Shown here in pieces: positions 8,955 to 18,972 of a stretch of DNA of 64,000 nucleotides. A program made the position numbers and the translations under genes. Positions within the stretch are counted from its first letter, which is position 1. Each line of letters opens with the position of its first letter. The DNA is from Candidatus Saccharimonadales bacterium (GTDB lineage Bacteria > Patescibacteriota > Saccharimonadia > Saccharimonadales > UBA10212), in assembly GCA_038245195.1 (NCBI GenBank), contig JBBRSU010000003.1:8850-72849 (forward strand). The letters run 5' to 3'. The notes below the pieces were generated by a model, which worked only from the letters and a program-made list of their open reading frames with translations, was not told the origin of the DNA and searched no databases.

Positions 8955-10271
8955 TTGATGAGTAATAAAGTACCAATTGTAGCTATTGTCGGCCGGACCA
9001 ACGTCGGTAAGTCTAGTTTATTCAATGCGATTCTGGGGTACCGCGAAGCCATCACCGCCACTGAAGAAGGTACTACTCGTGATAGCTTAACCGCTATCGC
9101 TACCTGGGACGGTAAAGATTTTTGGCTAGTTGATACGGCTGGCCTCAAACCAGCCGAGGATGAGTTTGAGTTAACCATCCAGGAGCAAATCAGCGAAGCA
9201 GCTGCATCGGCTGATGTAATCGCTGTTATTACTGAGGCAGACGTGCCGGTTACCGAAGAAGATCGGCGGGTGGCAACTATGGCATTAAAGAGTAAAAAAC
9301 CAGTGGTCTTGGCGGTTAATAAGATTGACAAGAATAAGCGAGGCGATTTAAGCCAGTGGCGTAGCCTAGGCATTAAAACCATTATTGCTACCAGTGCTTC
9401 ACAAAAAACCGGCCTAGAAGCCCTGGTAGAAGCTCTGGCGAGCGATTTACCACCAGCTCACATCGAACCTGACTCCAACCGCATAAGGGTGTCATTACTC
9501 GGCAGACCCAATGTAGGTAAATCTAGTTTATTCAACGCTTTGGCTAAAAAACAACAGGCTTTGGTGGCTGATAGGGCTGGCACAACTCGTGATGTGAATC
9601 GCACTAGCATCCGCTATGAAGGCCGAGAAATTGAGCTGGCAGATACCGCCGGAATCCGACGGTCCGGTAAAATTGAGAGAGGGGTTGAGAAATTTAGCGT
9701 GCTTAGAGCGTTATCAGCTATCGAGAGCTCCGACATTTGCTTAGTTCTAATGGACGCCAATGAACTGAATGTTCAGCTTGATCAAAAAATTGCTGGGCTG
9801 GTAAAAGAAGCTGGCAAAGGACTTATTTTGGTGGTCAGCAAATGGGATAGTGCTGATAAAGACGCCTTCACACACGACCAGCTCAGCCCCCAAATTGCCG
9901 CTAACTTTGTGTTTGTGCCTTGGGCCCCCCTGATTTTCACCAGTGCCACCACCGGGCAAAATGTCACCAAAATATATGATTTGATAATGGAAATAGCCGA
10001 AGCCCGGCATCAAAAATTCAAAACTAGCGAACTAAACCAGTGGTTAAGACAAGCCGTTAGTGCTCATACTCCAGCTGGATTAAAAGGTCGTAGCCCCAAA
10101 CTCAACTATATGGTCCAAGAAGATGATCTTGATTTGCCGAGCTTTAAAATCTTTGGGGCTCACACCAAATTCTTACACTGGAGCTACAAGCGCTATTTGG
10201 AACGCAGTTTCCGTGAACGCTGGCCCTTATCTGGAACAACCTTGAAGTTCTGGTTTATTGAGAAACATTAA
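8955..10271 (+). CDS. der: ribosome-associated GTPase Der (EngA), two tandem GTPase domains + KH-like C-terminus
   Basis: Two P-loops, GRTNVGKSSLFNAILG and GRPNVGKSSLFNALA, each followed by TTRD. The double-GTPase architecture is diagnostic. Confidence 0.85.
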   Translation: MMSNKVPIVAIVGRTNVGKSSLFNAILGYREAITATEEGTTRDSLTAIATWDGKDFWLVDTAGLKPAEDEFELTIQEQISEAAASADVIAVITEADVPVTEEDRRVATMALKSKKPVVLAVNKIDKNKRGDLSQWRSLGIKTIIATSASQKTGLEALVEALASDLPPAHIEPDSNRIRVSLLGRPNVGKSSLFNALAKKQQALVADRAGTTRDVNRTSIRYEGREIELADTAGIRRSGKIERGVEKFSVLRALSAIESSDICLVLMDANELNVQLDQKIAGLVKEAGKGLILVVSKWDSADKDAFTHDQLSPQIAANFVFVPWAPLIFTSATTGQNVTKIYDLIMEIAEARHQKFKTSELNQWLRQAVSAHTPAGLKGRSPKLNYMVQEDDLDLPSFKIFGAHTKFLHWSYKRYLERSFRERWPLSGTTLKFWFIEKH

Positions 10272-10286
10272 GGGTAGAATTATTTA

Positions 10287-10922
10287 ATGGCCTTATTTCA
10301 AAAAAAACCCCAAGTACAATCTGGTGCACCAATGTACACGCTAGGGGCTAATAAAACTATCTTAATAATCGGACTAGGTAACCTTGGTAAAAAATATACC
10401 GGAACCCGACACAATATTGGCTTTGAAGTATTAGATCAATTCGCCAAAACTAATAACTTCCCAGCTTGGTTGTCTAAAAAAGATTTAAAATGCGAAATAA
10501 CTGTTCAAACCATGGGTGAAAGTCGAGTGGTTTTAGCTAAGCCAACCACATTCATGAATAACAGTGGCGAAGCCGGCCAAGCTGCCCAACACTTTTACCG
10601 AGTTTATAATCAGAATACCTTGGCAATCTATGACGAGCTGGCAATTAGTTTTGGCCAATTGCGTACCCGAGTCGGCGGCTCTGATGCCGGCCATAACGGG
10701 GTTAAATCGCTTATCCAGCACCTAGGCGATGGCTTCGGCCGACTAAGAATTGGGGTAGGCAATAGTCTTTCGCAAAAGGCCCAGGCCAGCGAATTTGTTT
10801 TAGGAAAATTTAGCAAAGCCGAGCAAACCAGTTTGGGCTTAATCACTCAAGAGGCCAATGCCATCACTACCGAATTTATATTCAGCGGTCAGCTACCCCA
10901 CGAAACTCGCACAATTATTTAA
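10287..10922 (+). CDS. pth: peptidyl-tRNA hydrolase
   Basis: ILIIGLGNLGKKYTGTRHNIGFEVLD… is the classic Pth N-terminus. HNG catalytic region present. The start may be the internal Met (MYTLGANK). Confidence 0.85.
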   Translation: MALFQKKPQVQSGAPMYTLGANKTILIIGLGNLGKKYTGTRHNIGFEVLDQFAKTNNFPAWLSKKDLKCEITVQTMGESRVVLAKPTTFMNNSGEAGQAAQHFYRVYNQNTLAIYDELAISFGQLRTRVGGSDAGHNGVKSLIQHLGDGFGRLRIGVGNSLSQKAQASEFVLGKFSKAEQTSLGLITQEANAITTEFIFSGQLPHETRTII

Positions 10923-10929
10923 CTAAAAA

Positions 10930-10968
10930 GGTCTCCAGAGGGGGTGGGCACCGCTGGAGACCATTTTA
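10930..10968 (+). terminator. rho-independent terminator after pth
   Basis: GGTCTCCAG…CTGGAGACC 9-bp stem followed by ATTTT. Confidence 0.5.
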
Positions 10969-11428
10969 GGGGACGAGACACACTCATCCCATAATTACAC
11001 CCTTCAACCCACCATCTGCGAAGCGTCCAAAGACATTTATTTAAATGTTGGAGCCGGCCAATGCTGGCCATCCCATAAGGACCCGCATACCCACAAAAGA
11101 GGGACTCCCAAGCTAAAAACTTGGGTGAGGTTAAAGGGGTTAGTTTGTTTAAGAGCTTTCCCGCACCACTTTTAGCTTTTATTAGCATAAGCAGTTGTCG
11201 GTAGCCACCGATTAGTAATAAACTAGTTGGCAGTGGGCTAAAAACCAAAAGTGGTGAGGGGCCTGGTCGGTAAGTGGAGGGTACTACTTAGACCGGCCAG
11301 AGCTCTTAAACAATCTAACAAAATGTTAGAAATTGGGGGGTATAAGGTACGTAAATCATATAATTTGACTTACAGGTTGCAATTTTAGCAATAAACTGTC
11401 CTAAAGTCAATAGTACGTAATATATTTT

Positions 11429-12286
11429 ATGAATGTCAATATACTTAAGCTTAGTTCGGATTCGTACCCAGCTGAATTACGACAAATTTCCTCCCCGCCC
11501 GAGTCATTATTTTGGTCCGGCATTGAGCCAGATAAATGGCTAGGTTTACCCAGAGTTGCGGTTGTAGGTAGCCGAAAGATTACACCTTACGGCAGAAGTG
11601 TTACTAGCCAGATCGTGACTGACTTAGCCAGGGCAGGAGTCGTTATAATCAGCGGTCTGGCTTATGGAGTCGATATCGTGGCTCATCAGGCAGCCTTGTC
11701 GGCTAACGGCACAACCGTTGCCGTTTTGCCAACCAGCCTGGACCAAATCTACCCCGTTAATCATGCCCATATTGCCGAGCAAATTAAACTAAGGGGTAGC
11801 CTGATTAGTGAATATCCCCAAGGTACCGCTGGTTTCAAATCTAACTTTATTGCCCGAAACCGGATTGTCAGTGGTTTATGTGAAGTGTTGCTAATCACCG
11901 AAGCAGCGGTAAATAGCGGCAGTTTGCACACCGCCCGGTTTGCTCTAGAGCAGGGGAAAACCGTGATGACCGTGCCCGGTAATATCACTAGCCCGATAAG
12001 TGAAGGCTGTAATAATCTGATCAAGAGTGGCGCCGTACCTGTAACCTCGGCCGACGATATATTTTTCACTCTGAGGATTAGTCCTAAAGCTAAACAAGTT
12101 ATGAATTTTTCTGGCACTAAACTCGAACAGCTAGTTCTGGACTTAATTAAAGGTGGTATTGCCGCCCAAGACCAGTTAGCCCAGGCCGCCGAACTCGATA
12201 GTCCGCTACTGGCAAGTACCCTAACAATGCTGGAGATTGGCGGCTATATTAGACCGACCGGTAGCGGTAATTGGGTAGTCACATAA
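11429..12286 (+). CDS. dprA: DNA processing protein DprA (Smf)
   Basis: Rossmann-like DprA core (VAVVGSRKITPYGRSVTSQIVTDLARAGVVIISGLAYGVDIVAHQAAL…GSLHTARFALEQGKTVMTVPGNI). A TAATAT -10-like hexamer lies only 6 nt before the ATG, which may indicate a leaderless transcript. Confidence 0.8.
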   Translation: MNVNILKLSSDSYPAELRQISSPPESLFWSGIEPDKWLGLPRVAVVGSRKITPYGRSVTSQIVTDLARAGVVIISGLAYGVDIVAHQAALSANGTTVAVLPTSLDQIYPVNHAHIAEQIKLRGSLISEYPQGTAGFKSNFIARNRIVSGLCEVLLITEAAVNSGSLHTARFALEQGKTVMTVPGNITSPISEGCNNLIKSGAVPVTSADDIFFTLRISPKAKQVMNFSGTKLEQLVLDLIKGGIAAQDQLAQAAELDSPLLASTLTMLEIGGYIRPTGSGNWVVT

Positions 12287-12338
12287 TAAGCCTTTTCGCT
12301 TGACCTGTGGAATGTAGTTGCTAGACTTGCTTAAGTAT

Positions 12339-14642
12339 ATGGCGAAAAACCTTGTGATTGTAGAAAGTCCAGCCAAAGCTAAGACTATTGGTACTTTTTT
12401 GGGCAGTGGTTATGAAATAAAGAGCAGCTTTGGGCATATTCGCGATCTTCCTAAGAAGGGAATCGGGGTCGATGTTGAAAAAAAATTCCAACCAACTTAT
12501 GAAGTTAGCCCCGATAAGCAAAAGGTAGCTAATGAGCTAAAGAAAGCCGCTAAAAATAAAACTGTCTGGCTGGCCAGTGATGAAGACCGAGAGGGCGAGG
12601 CGATAGCTTGGCATATCTGCAGTATTTTAGGTTTGGACCCTAAGAAAACCAACAGAATAGTATTTCACGAAATAACTAAACCGGCTATCGAAGCCGCTAT
12701 CCAAAAACCTCGAACTATCGATTTAAAGCTAGTTGATTCTCAGCAAGCCCGGCGGATTTTAGACCGCCTGGTCGGTTATGAGTTAAGCCCGGTGCTGTGG
12801 AAAAAAGTCCGAACCGGTTTATCGGCCGGCCGGGTTCAAAGCGTGGCCGTTCGCCTAATTGTCGAGCGGGAACGCGAAATCAAAGACCACTCTGCCGAAA
12901 CTAGTTATAAAGTTTCAGCAATTTTTGATGCTAAAGGCCAAGATTTATCAGCAGTTCTACCTAAAAATATGGCCAACAATCAGTCGGCTAAGCACTTTTT
13001 AGACGATATTAAGGACGCCAGCTTTAGCATTAAGCGCATCGAGCAGAAACCAGGTACCAGGAGTGCTGGTCCGCCGTTTATTACAAGCACCCTACAGCAA
13101 GAAGCCGCTCGGCGCTTAGGTTATTCGGTTCGTCAGACTATGACTTTAGCCCAAAGGCTGTATGAGAACGGACTTATTACTTACATGCGAACTGATAGCT
13201 TGAACTTATCGCCGATTGCCGTTAAAGCTGCAGAGGCATATATAAAGAAAGAGTACGGTGATAAATATACTAATCCTAGGCAATATAAGACTAAGGATGC
13301 CGCCGCCCAAGAGGCCCACGAAGCCATTCGGCCAACTAGTTTTTCCAAAACCAGTGCCGGGGACGATGCTAGTCAGAAAAAACTGTATGAGTTAATTTGG
13401 CGTCGAGCCCTTGCCAGTCAGATGGCCTCGGCCTCAATCGAAAAAACTGAGGTCGATGTAGAAAACAATAAACGTCCGGAATTATTCACCGCCAGTGGTG
13501 AGATCCTGTTATTCGACGGGTTCTTAAGAGTATATGGTGGTGGCAAGGATGATCAAATATTACCGCCGATTAAGCAGGGTGATAACCTGAGATTGGTCTC
13601 GGCTAGTGCTCTCGAAGCCCTATCTCGGCCACCGGCCCGCTATTCAGAAGCTAGTTTAGTTAGAAAGCTAGAAGAGCTGGGGATTGGCCGGCCAAGCACT
13701 TATGCGCCTACTATTGGTACCATTCAAGACCGAGGTTATATCGAGAAAAAAGACGTTGAGGGTGAACCAAGGAAGATTAACGAAATAAAGCTTACTGCCG
13801 GTAAGCTAAATGAGTCGATCCAAGAAATCACCGTCGGAGCCGATCGTAACAAGTTATTGCCGACTTATCTAGCCGATGTAGTTACCGATTTTCTGATTAA
13901 ACACTTTGGCTCGGTTTTGGATTACGACTTTACAGCTAATGCTGAAAAGGACTTTGATGATATTGCCGAGGGTAAGATTAGTTGGCAAGAGGTTTTAGAG
14001 CGATTTTATAAGCACTTTCACCCCTTGGTAAAACAATCCGAGAAGGCCGACCGTGCCGAAGCCGCCCAAGCTCGTCAGCTGGGTATCGACCCTAAATCAA
14101 AAAAAATTGTAGTGGTTAGATATGGTCGCTATGGGCCGGTTTTACAGCTTGGTGAAGCCGGTGACAATACCGCCAAGGACGCCCCCAAACCAATATTTGC
14201 ACCCCTCCCTGAGGGCACAACCCTAGAGGAAATCACCCTGGACGAAGCTTTACCGATGTTTAAACTGCCCCGATTAGTTGGGAAAACCAAAGAGGGGGAT
14301 GAGATATCGGCCAATATTGGCCGATTCGGGCCCTACGTTCATGTTAATAAGTTATTTGTCAGTATCAAAGGTCAAGACCCCATGACCATAACCGAAGCCG
14401 AAGCCCGAAAAATAATTGCCGAGAAACAAGAAGTTGAGCGAAAAAAAGTCATCGCTGATTTTGGTAAGATAAAAGTCCTAAATGGGCCCTACGGTCCGTA
14501 CGTAACGGATGGAAAGTCTAATGTCAAGATTCCCAAAGACATTAAACCTGAAAGCCTAAATGAAGTTGCCAGTCAAAAACTGTTAAGCGAGGCTCCTAAA
14601 AATCCCAAACGACGATTCCCGCGTAAAACTGTCAACAAATAA
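12339..14642 (+). CDS. topA: DNA topoisomerase I
   Basis: MAKNLVIVESPAKAKTIGTFLG Toprim start. The supplied ORF begins at TTG 12318, but ATG 12339 gives the canonical TopA N-terminus. Full type IA core and C-terminal repeats. Confidence 0.9.
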   Translation: MAKNLVIVESPAKAKTIGTFLGSGYEIKSSFGHIRDLPKKGIGVDVEKKFQPTYEVSPDKQKVANELKKAAKNKTVWLASDEDREGEAIAWHICSILGLDPKKTNRIVFHEITKPAIEAAIQKPRTIDLKLVDSQQARRILDRLVGYELSPVLWKKVRTGLSAGRVQSVAVRLIVEREREIKDHSAETSYKVSAIFDAKGQDLSAVLPKNMANNQSAKHFLDDIKDASFSIKRIEQKPGTRSAGPPFITSTLQQEAARRLGYSVRQTMTLAQRLYENGLITYMRTDSLNLSPIAVKAAEAYIKKEYGDKYTNPRQYKTKDAAAQEAHEAIRPTSFSKTSAGDDASQKKLYELIWRRALASQMASASIEKTEVDVENNKRPELFTASGEILLFDGFLRVYGGGKDDQILPPIKQGDNLRLVSASALEALSRPPARYSEASLVRKLEELGIGRPSTYAPTIGTIQDRGYIEKKDVEGEPRKINEIKLTAGKLNESIQEITVGADRNKLLPTYLADVVTDFLIKHFGSVLDYDFTANAEKDFDDIAEGKISWQEVLERFYKHFHPLVKQSEKADRAEAAQARQLGIDPKSKKIVVVRYGRYGPVLQLGEAGDNTAKDAPKPIFAPLPEGTTLEEITLDEALPMFKLPRLVGKTKEGDEISANIGRFGPYVHVNKLFVSIKGQDPMTITEAEARKIIAEKQEVERKKVIADFGKIKVLNGPYGPYVTDGKSNVKIPKDIKPESLNEVASQKLLSEAPKNPKRRFPRKTVNK

Positions 14643-14771
14643 TAGTTATTAAACAATTTTTTGGTTATCCACAATTTTACTTCTTTAATATTGAATGTGG
14701 TAAAACAAACATAAACGGATTAGTGCGCATCCGTCTAATACGTGATAGAATAAATCTATAGAACAAGAAGT

Positions 14772-14800
14772 TTGACTTTTAAAAACTAAAGTTATATAAT
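14772..14800 (+). promoter_or_regulatory. consensus sigma-70 promoter (TTGACT-17 nt-TATAAT) upstream of the HTH gene
   Basis: TTGACT at 14772-14777, a 17-nt spacer, then TATAAT at 14795-14800, about 50 bp before ATG 14851. A TTATCCACA box lies at 14665-14673 upstream. Confidence 0.5.
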
Positions 14801-14850
14801 TAGGTAAACCGATTGCGGTTTTAGTCTGATTAACGGATAAGAAAGTGTAG

Positions 14851-15888
14851 ATGGAAGACGAATTAACCACACCAAAACTTAATATTGAAACGTCGGTTCA
14901 GAACATTCTGGGAACGATTGAGCGCGAACGCGAGCGAGAAATTGTGTCGCGTCGATTTGGCTTGTTTGACCGCCGTGAAACACTCGAACAAATTGGCGAA
15001 TTATTAGGAATTACTCGGGAACGAGTCCGCCAACTAGAAAAAGCTGTGGTTACTCGATTAAAAACTGCTGCAGAAAAAGATTTACCTAACATGAGCGACG
15101 TCGAAAAAGCATTAACGGCTCATCTTACTCAAATGGGGAAGGTAGCCCGAATTCAAGACGTTACTCAACGATTATCGAAGGCTAATACCAAGACCGATCA
15201 AGCCCGTGTGGCATTTTTATCTAATTTAAGTCCTAATATTGCCGTAATAGATGATAACGATCATTTTTTTCACTCGATTGGCTTAGCTAATGAACACACC
15301 GAAAAGACCATCCGCGAACATGTCAGTAAAATCATTGAAGCCATCAACGAAATTGGTGAACCAACTGATATAAAAAGTGTTTCCGAAAAAGTCGGTAACA
15401 CCGATGTTAAACATACCGAGGCGTTAGCCAGTATTTCAAAGAATATAGCCAGCCTAAACGGTCGCTGGGGTCTGGTTAAATGGCCGATGGTTAACCCTAA
15501 GAACATACGAGATAAAATCTACGTGATTTTGCACGAAAACAACCAACCAATGCACTTTAACGAGATCGCCGAGGCTATCAAGGGTAGCAATTTAAAGCGA
15601 AAAGATGTAACTACCCAAGCGATTCATAACGAGCTAATTAAAGACTCTAGGTTTGTGCTAATCGGTCGTGGAATTTACGCCCTTAAAGAGTGGGGCTTCA
15701 AAAAAGGCACTGTTTCCGATGTGATTGCTGAAGTTTTACGTAAAGAGGGCGGGGCTTTGCACCGTGATGAGATTGTCCGCAGGGTGCTTAAAAGTCGTCA
15801 GGTCAAAGAAACCACTATCCTGTTGAATCTACAAAGCAAGCCACAATTCAAGCGAGTGGCCAAAGCCACCTACACCCTGGCTGAATAA
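14851..15888 (+). CDS. DNA-binding protein: N-terminal sigma-70 region-4-type HTH plus C-terminal winged-helix resembling HARE-HTH
   Basis: EREREIVSRRFGL…TLEQIGELLGITRERVRQLEKAVVTRLK is a textbook sigma-70 region-4 segment. The C-terminal …DSRFVLIGRGIYALKEWGF resembles the GRxxWxL signature of HARE-HTH / RNAP delta N-terminal domains. Both assignments rest on pattern similarity only. Confidence 0.55.
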   Translation: MEDELTTPKLNIETSVQNILGTIEREREREIVSRRFGLFDRRETLEQIGELLGITRERVRQLEKAVVTRLKTAAEKDLPNMSDVEKALTAHLTQMGKVARIQDVTQRLSKANTKTDQARVAFLSNLSPNIAVIDDNDHFFHSIGLANEHTEKTIREHVSKIIEAINEIGEPTDIKSVSEKVGNTDVKHTEALASISKNIASLNGRWGLVKWPMVNPKNIRDKIYVILHENNQPMHFNEIAEAIKGSNLKRKDVTTQAIHNELIKDSRFVLIGRGIYALKEWGFKKGTVSDVIAEVLRKEGGALHRDEIVRRVLKSRQVKETTILLNLQSKPQFKRVAKATYTLAE

Positions 15889-15944
15889 GCTTACGCATCG
15901 CCCTCTTACATAAGGGGTTTTAGGCGTATAATATTAAACAGCTT

Positions 15945-18572
15945 ATGGGATTATTCATTAACACCAATAAAAAAATAGAGGCGGCTCACGACCATACTCT
16001 TTTGATGTTGGAAGTACCTCGAACAAACGATAAAAAGGAATTGTCGGCCGAGCAAATGCTAGCCGCTTTGCACGGTATTTTACGGACTAAGCGAGAGCTT
16101 AAGCTATCTGGGACTTTGCAAGAGCACGTTAGCCTCGAAGTCGCAGCCATTGGACAACGTTTACGATTTTACATCTGGACTCCCAAACACCTTCAAGCTT
16201 TCGTGGAAGGCCAAATTTACGCCCAATATCCAACTGTCCAAATCTTTGAGCAAGACGAAGATTATGCCGACCGGCAAATGCATCAAACCGTAATTCATAG
16301 TGCCGAGCTTACCTTGACCACAGATGAAACCATCCCTATAAAAACCTTCCCTAGCTTTGAGGTAGACCCCTTGGCAGCGATTACCGCCACCTTGGCCAAA
16401 CTCGATAAAGAAGATGAGGAAATGTGGATTCAGATTATGGCCCGGCCGGTTCACGACGATTGGCACCGTAAAGGCTCTCGAATGGTCGCCAAGATCAAAC
16501 GGGGCGGGGGACTATTCGGGGGTAGTGGTAGCGGTGCTGGATCCTATGCTGCCGAAGCTTTCGCAGCCCTGCTTAGACCCCCAACTGGCGGTGGCGAAAC
16601 CAAGGTTCCAGAAGTTTCAGAACGTGATAAATCACGGATTTCTGCTATAGAAGAGAAGAGTAATAAGCTTGGTTATCAAGTAAAGATTCGGCTAGTTTAC
16701 GCTGGCCACGACCAACACACCGCTAAGTTACGCATGCAGGCCTTAGTCGGCGCCTTTAAGCAGTTCAATAGTACTAATCTAAATGGCTTTGAGGCCAAGT
16801 TGCAGAGCTTCAACCGTGATAAACAGCTGGAGTATCAGGCCCGCTTCTTCATTGATAGTGGCTATATATTAAATATCGAAGAGTTGGCAAGTTTATTCCA
16901 TTTGCCGCACACTAGCGTTGAAACTCCGAACATTGTTTGGGCAACCACCAAAACCGCAGAACCCCCGTCTAATGTGCCCATCCAGCAACCCGGTAATGTG
17001 TTGGACATAAGTTTATTGGGAGTAACCAATTTTAGAGGTACAAACACCGTCTTTGGCCTGCTGCGAGCCGATCGCGGTCGGCATGTTTACATTCTAGGTC
17101 AGACCGGCACCGGTAAATCTGGGGCTTTGGAGCTTTTAACCCTATCAGACATCTACTATGACCAGGGTTTTGCTGTAATTGACCCGCACGGCGATTATGC
17201 CCAGCATGTGCTTAATTTCATTCCCCAAAGACGTTTGGAAGATGTAGTTTATTTCAATCCAGCTGACACTAACTATCCAATCGGTTTTAACCCCTTAGAA
17301 ATCAGCGACCCGTCACTTAAAGGCCACATTAGCTCCGAGTTGGTAGGGGTCTTAAAAAGACTTTTTGCCGAGAGCTGGGGTCCACGGCTAGAATATATTC
17401 TGCGCTACAGCCTGCTGGCCTTATTAGATTACCCAAATTCGACAATGCTTGATATTACTCGGCTTCTAACCGATAAAAAATTCCGAGCTCATGTAATTAC
17501 CTATATTGACGACCCCGTTGTAAAGAACTTCTGGGTGACCGAGTTTGCTAGTTGGAACGATAAGTTCGCTTCTGAAGCTGTGGCCCCGGTACTTAACAAG
17601 GTAGGCGCCTTTACGGCCAACCCTATGATTAGAAATATCATCGGCCAACCAAAAAGTACCTTTAACATACGCAAAATTATGGATGAGGGCAAGATCTTGG
17701 TGGTCAATCTTAGCCGCGGGCTGATGGGCGAGGATAATGCTGGTATTTTAGGTGCTATGATGGTCACGAAAATTCAGCTAGCCGCCATGGGTCGGGCCGA
17801 TATGCCTCTAGAAGAACGCAGGCCATTCTATCTGTACGTTGATGAGTTTCAGAACTTTGCAACCGATTCATTCGCGACAATCCTGTCTGAAGCCCGTAAA
17901 TACGGCTTAAACCTAACTGTTGCTAACCAATATATCTCTCAGATGAGCGAGCCAGTCAGAAATGCGGTGTTTGGTAACGTGGGCACGATTGTTTGCTTTA
18001 GAATCAGTCCTGACGATTCACCTTTCTTGCAAAAGTACTTTGAGCCTCAATTTGAAGCCCCCGACCTAATACAGCAGCACAGCCGGTTTTTTGTGACAAC
18101 CATGATGATTGGCGATGAGAAAGCCCCGGCATTCTCTGCCAAGACTCTTAATCTACCACCTCCATCCGACGATTTAACGTCCCGAATTGTGGCCTTATCC
18201 AGAGAGCGATACACCCAAGACCGATCAGTTGTCGAAGAGCTGGTCCGCAAAAATGCCGGGCTAGCTATGGATGAAAAGTCACCGGAGCCCCAACCCCCCA
18301 AACCCAAGGTCCAGGCTCAACTTAATCAAATTAAGATAATCGAGTCTAACCAATCAAGTAATCAAAAAGCTGGACGAGTTGGGGCTAACATCTTACAATC
18401 GCTTAAAACCGAATCAGTCAGTCCTGAAGTACCGGCTAGAAAACGACGAAGGGGTAAGCGCGGAGGTAAAAAGAACCGATCCTCTCAGCTACAAAACCCT
18501 ACGATTATAGCCCCTGTACAAGCTAACAGGTCTTCCGATAGTCAGTACGAGCAGACAGTCCACTTACGTTAA
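15945..18572 (+). CDS. large cytoplasmic P-loop ATPase, type IV coupling protein-like (TraG/VirD4 C-terminal signature), with unknown N-terminal domain, Gly-rich linker and Lys/Arg-rich tail
   Basis: Walker A GQTGTGKSG. Walker B region LYVDEFQNF, followed by ARKYGLNLTVANQYISQM…FGNVGTIVCFRI, matching the TraG-D_C / T4CP pattern (DEF…RKYG…Q…GN). No TM helices. GGGLFGGSGSGAGS linker. C-terminal RKRRRGKRGGKKNR. Confidence 0.55.
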   Translation: MGLFINTNKKIEAAHDHTLLMLEVPRTNDKKELSAEQMLAALHGILRTKRELKLSGTLQEHVSLEVAAIGQRLRFYIWTPKHLQAFVEGQIYAQYPTVQIFEQDEDYADRQMHQTVIHSAELTLTTDETIPIKTFPSFEVDPLAAITATLAKLDKEDEEMWIQIMARPVHDDWHRKGSRMVAKIKRGGGLFGGSGSGAGSYAAEAFAALLRPPTGGGETKVPEVSERDKSRISAIEEKSNKLGYQVKIRLVYAGHDQHTAKLRMQALVGAFKQFNSTNLNGFEAKLQSFNRDKQLEYQARFFIDSGYILNIEELASLFHLPHTSVETPNIVWATTKTAEPPSNVPIQQPGNVLDISLLGVTNFRGTNTVFGLLRADRGRHVYILGQTGTGKSGALELLTLSDIYYDQGFAVIDPHGDYAQHVLNFIPQRRLEDVVYFNPADTNYPIGFNPLEISDPSLKGHISSELVGVLKRLFAESWGPRLEYILRYSLLALLDYPNSTMLDITRLLTDKKFRAHVITYIDDPVVKNFWVTEFASWNDKFASEAVAPVLNKVGAFTANPMIRNIIGQPKSTFNIRKIMDEGKILVVNLSRGLMGEDNAGILGAMMVTKIQLAAMGRADMPLEERRPFYLYVDEFQNFATDSFATILSEARKYGLNLTVANQYISQMSEPVRNAVFGNVGTIVCFRISPDDSPFLQKYFEPQFEAPDLIQQHSRFFVTTMMIGDEKAPAFSAKTLNLPPPSDDLTSRIVALSRERYTQDRSVVEELVRKNAGLAMDEKSPEPQPPKPKVQAQLNQIKIIESNQSSNQKAGRVGANILQSLKTESVSPEVPARKRRRGKRGGKKNRSSQLQNPTIIAPVQANRSSDSQYEQTVHLR

Positions 18573-18934
18573 TCAGTTTAATTATCTTTAGTAACTAGAA
18601 CATTTTACGAACATGTTGAAGACACTGGTAGGTAGGTGAGCAAAACCAGCGATCTAAAGGCCAGGGCATGGAATATATAAGTAAATATTTAATATATAAA
18701 TTAAGGGCTTGAAAAATCAAGGGATAGAAGTCGCAGGGCAATACCATTTTCAGTCATATGAGTTACGTCGCACAATGCATATTTTACGACCTGACTTATA
18801 CCTATTGGAGTTGATACCCAATGCCTCTTATAACAGGGGTGTATTTGATATACATGATTTAATCGTCTGTTTGTTGGCCGTGGCTTAATTAATTAAATTA
18901 GTTAGTTGCGTCTTTCCTAATTAGGTCTTTTACG

Positions 18935-18972
18935 TTATCTACAGTTGCTGTGAAAACTACAAGTTATCCACA
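18935..18972 (+). promoter_or_regulatory. tandem DnaA-box-like 9-mers (TTATCTACA and perfect TTATCCACA) inside a 575-bp AT-rich non-coding region between convergent genes
   Basis: GTTATCTACAGTTG at 18934-18947 and GTTATCCACAGTTG at 18963-18976 are direct repeats 29 bp apart. Flanking TGTGAAA/TTTCACA inverted repeat. ATATTTGACTTT repeated at about 18983 and 19051. TACTGCCCT repeated twice. Confidence 0.3.

Noticed and set aside
10919-11248. 109-aa minus-strand ORF in the pth-dprA spacer
   Set aside because: It overlaps the pth terminator hairpin, has no RBS, and its translation is low-complexity and Pro/Gly-rich. Treated as non-coding; see the ncRNA-candidate finding.
16414-16650. 78-aa same-strand alternative-frame ORF inside the coupling-protein-like ATPase gene
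   Set aside because: It covers the Gly-rich linker region in another frame. No independent signals.
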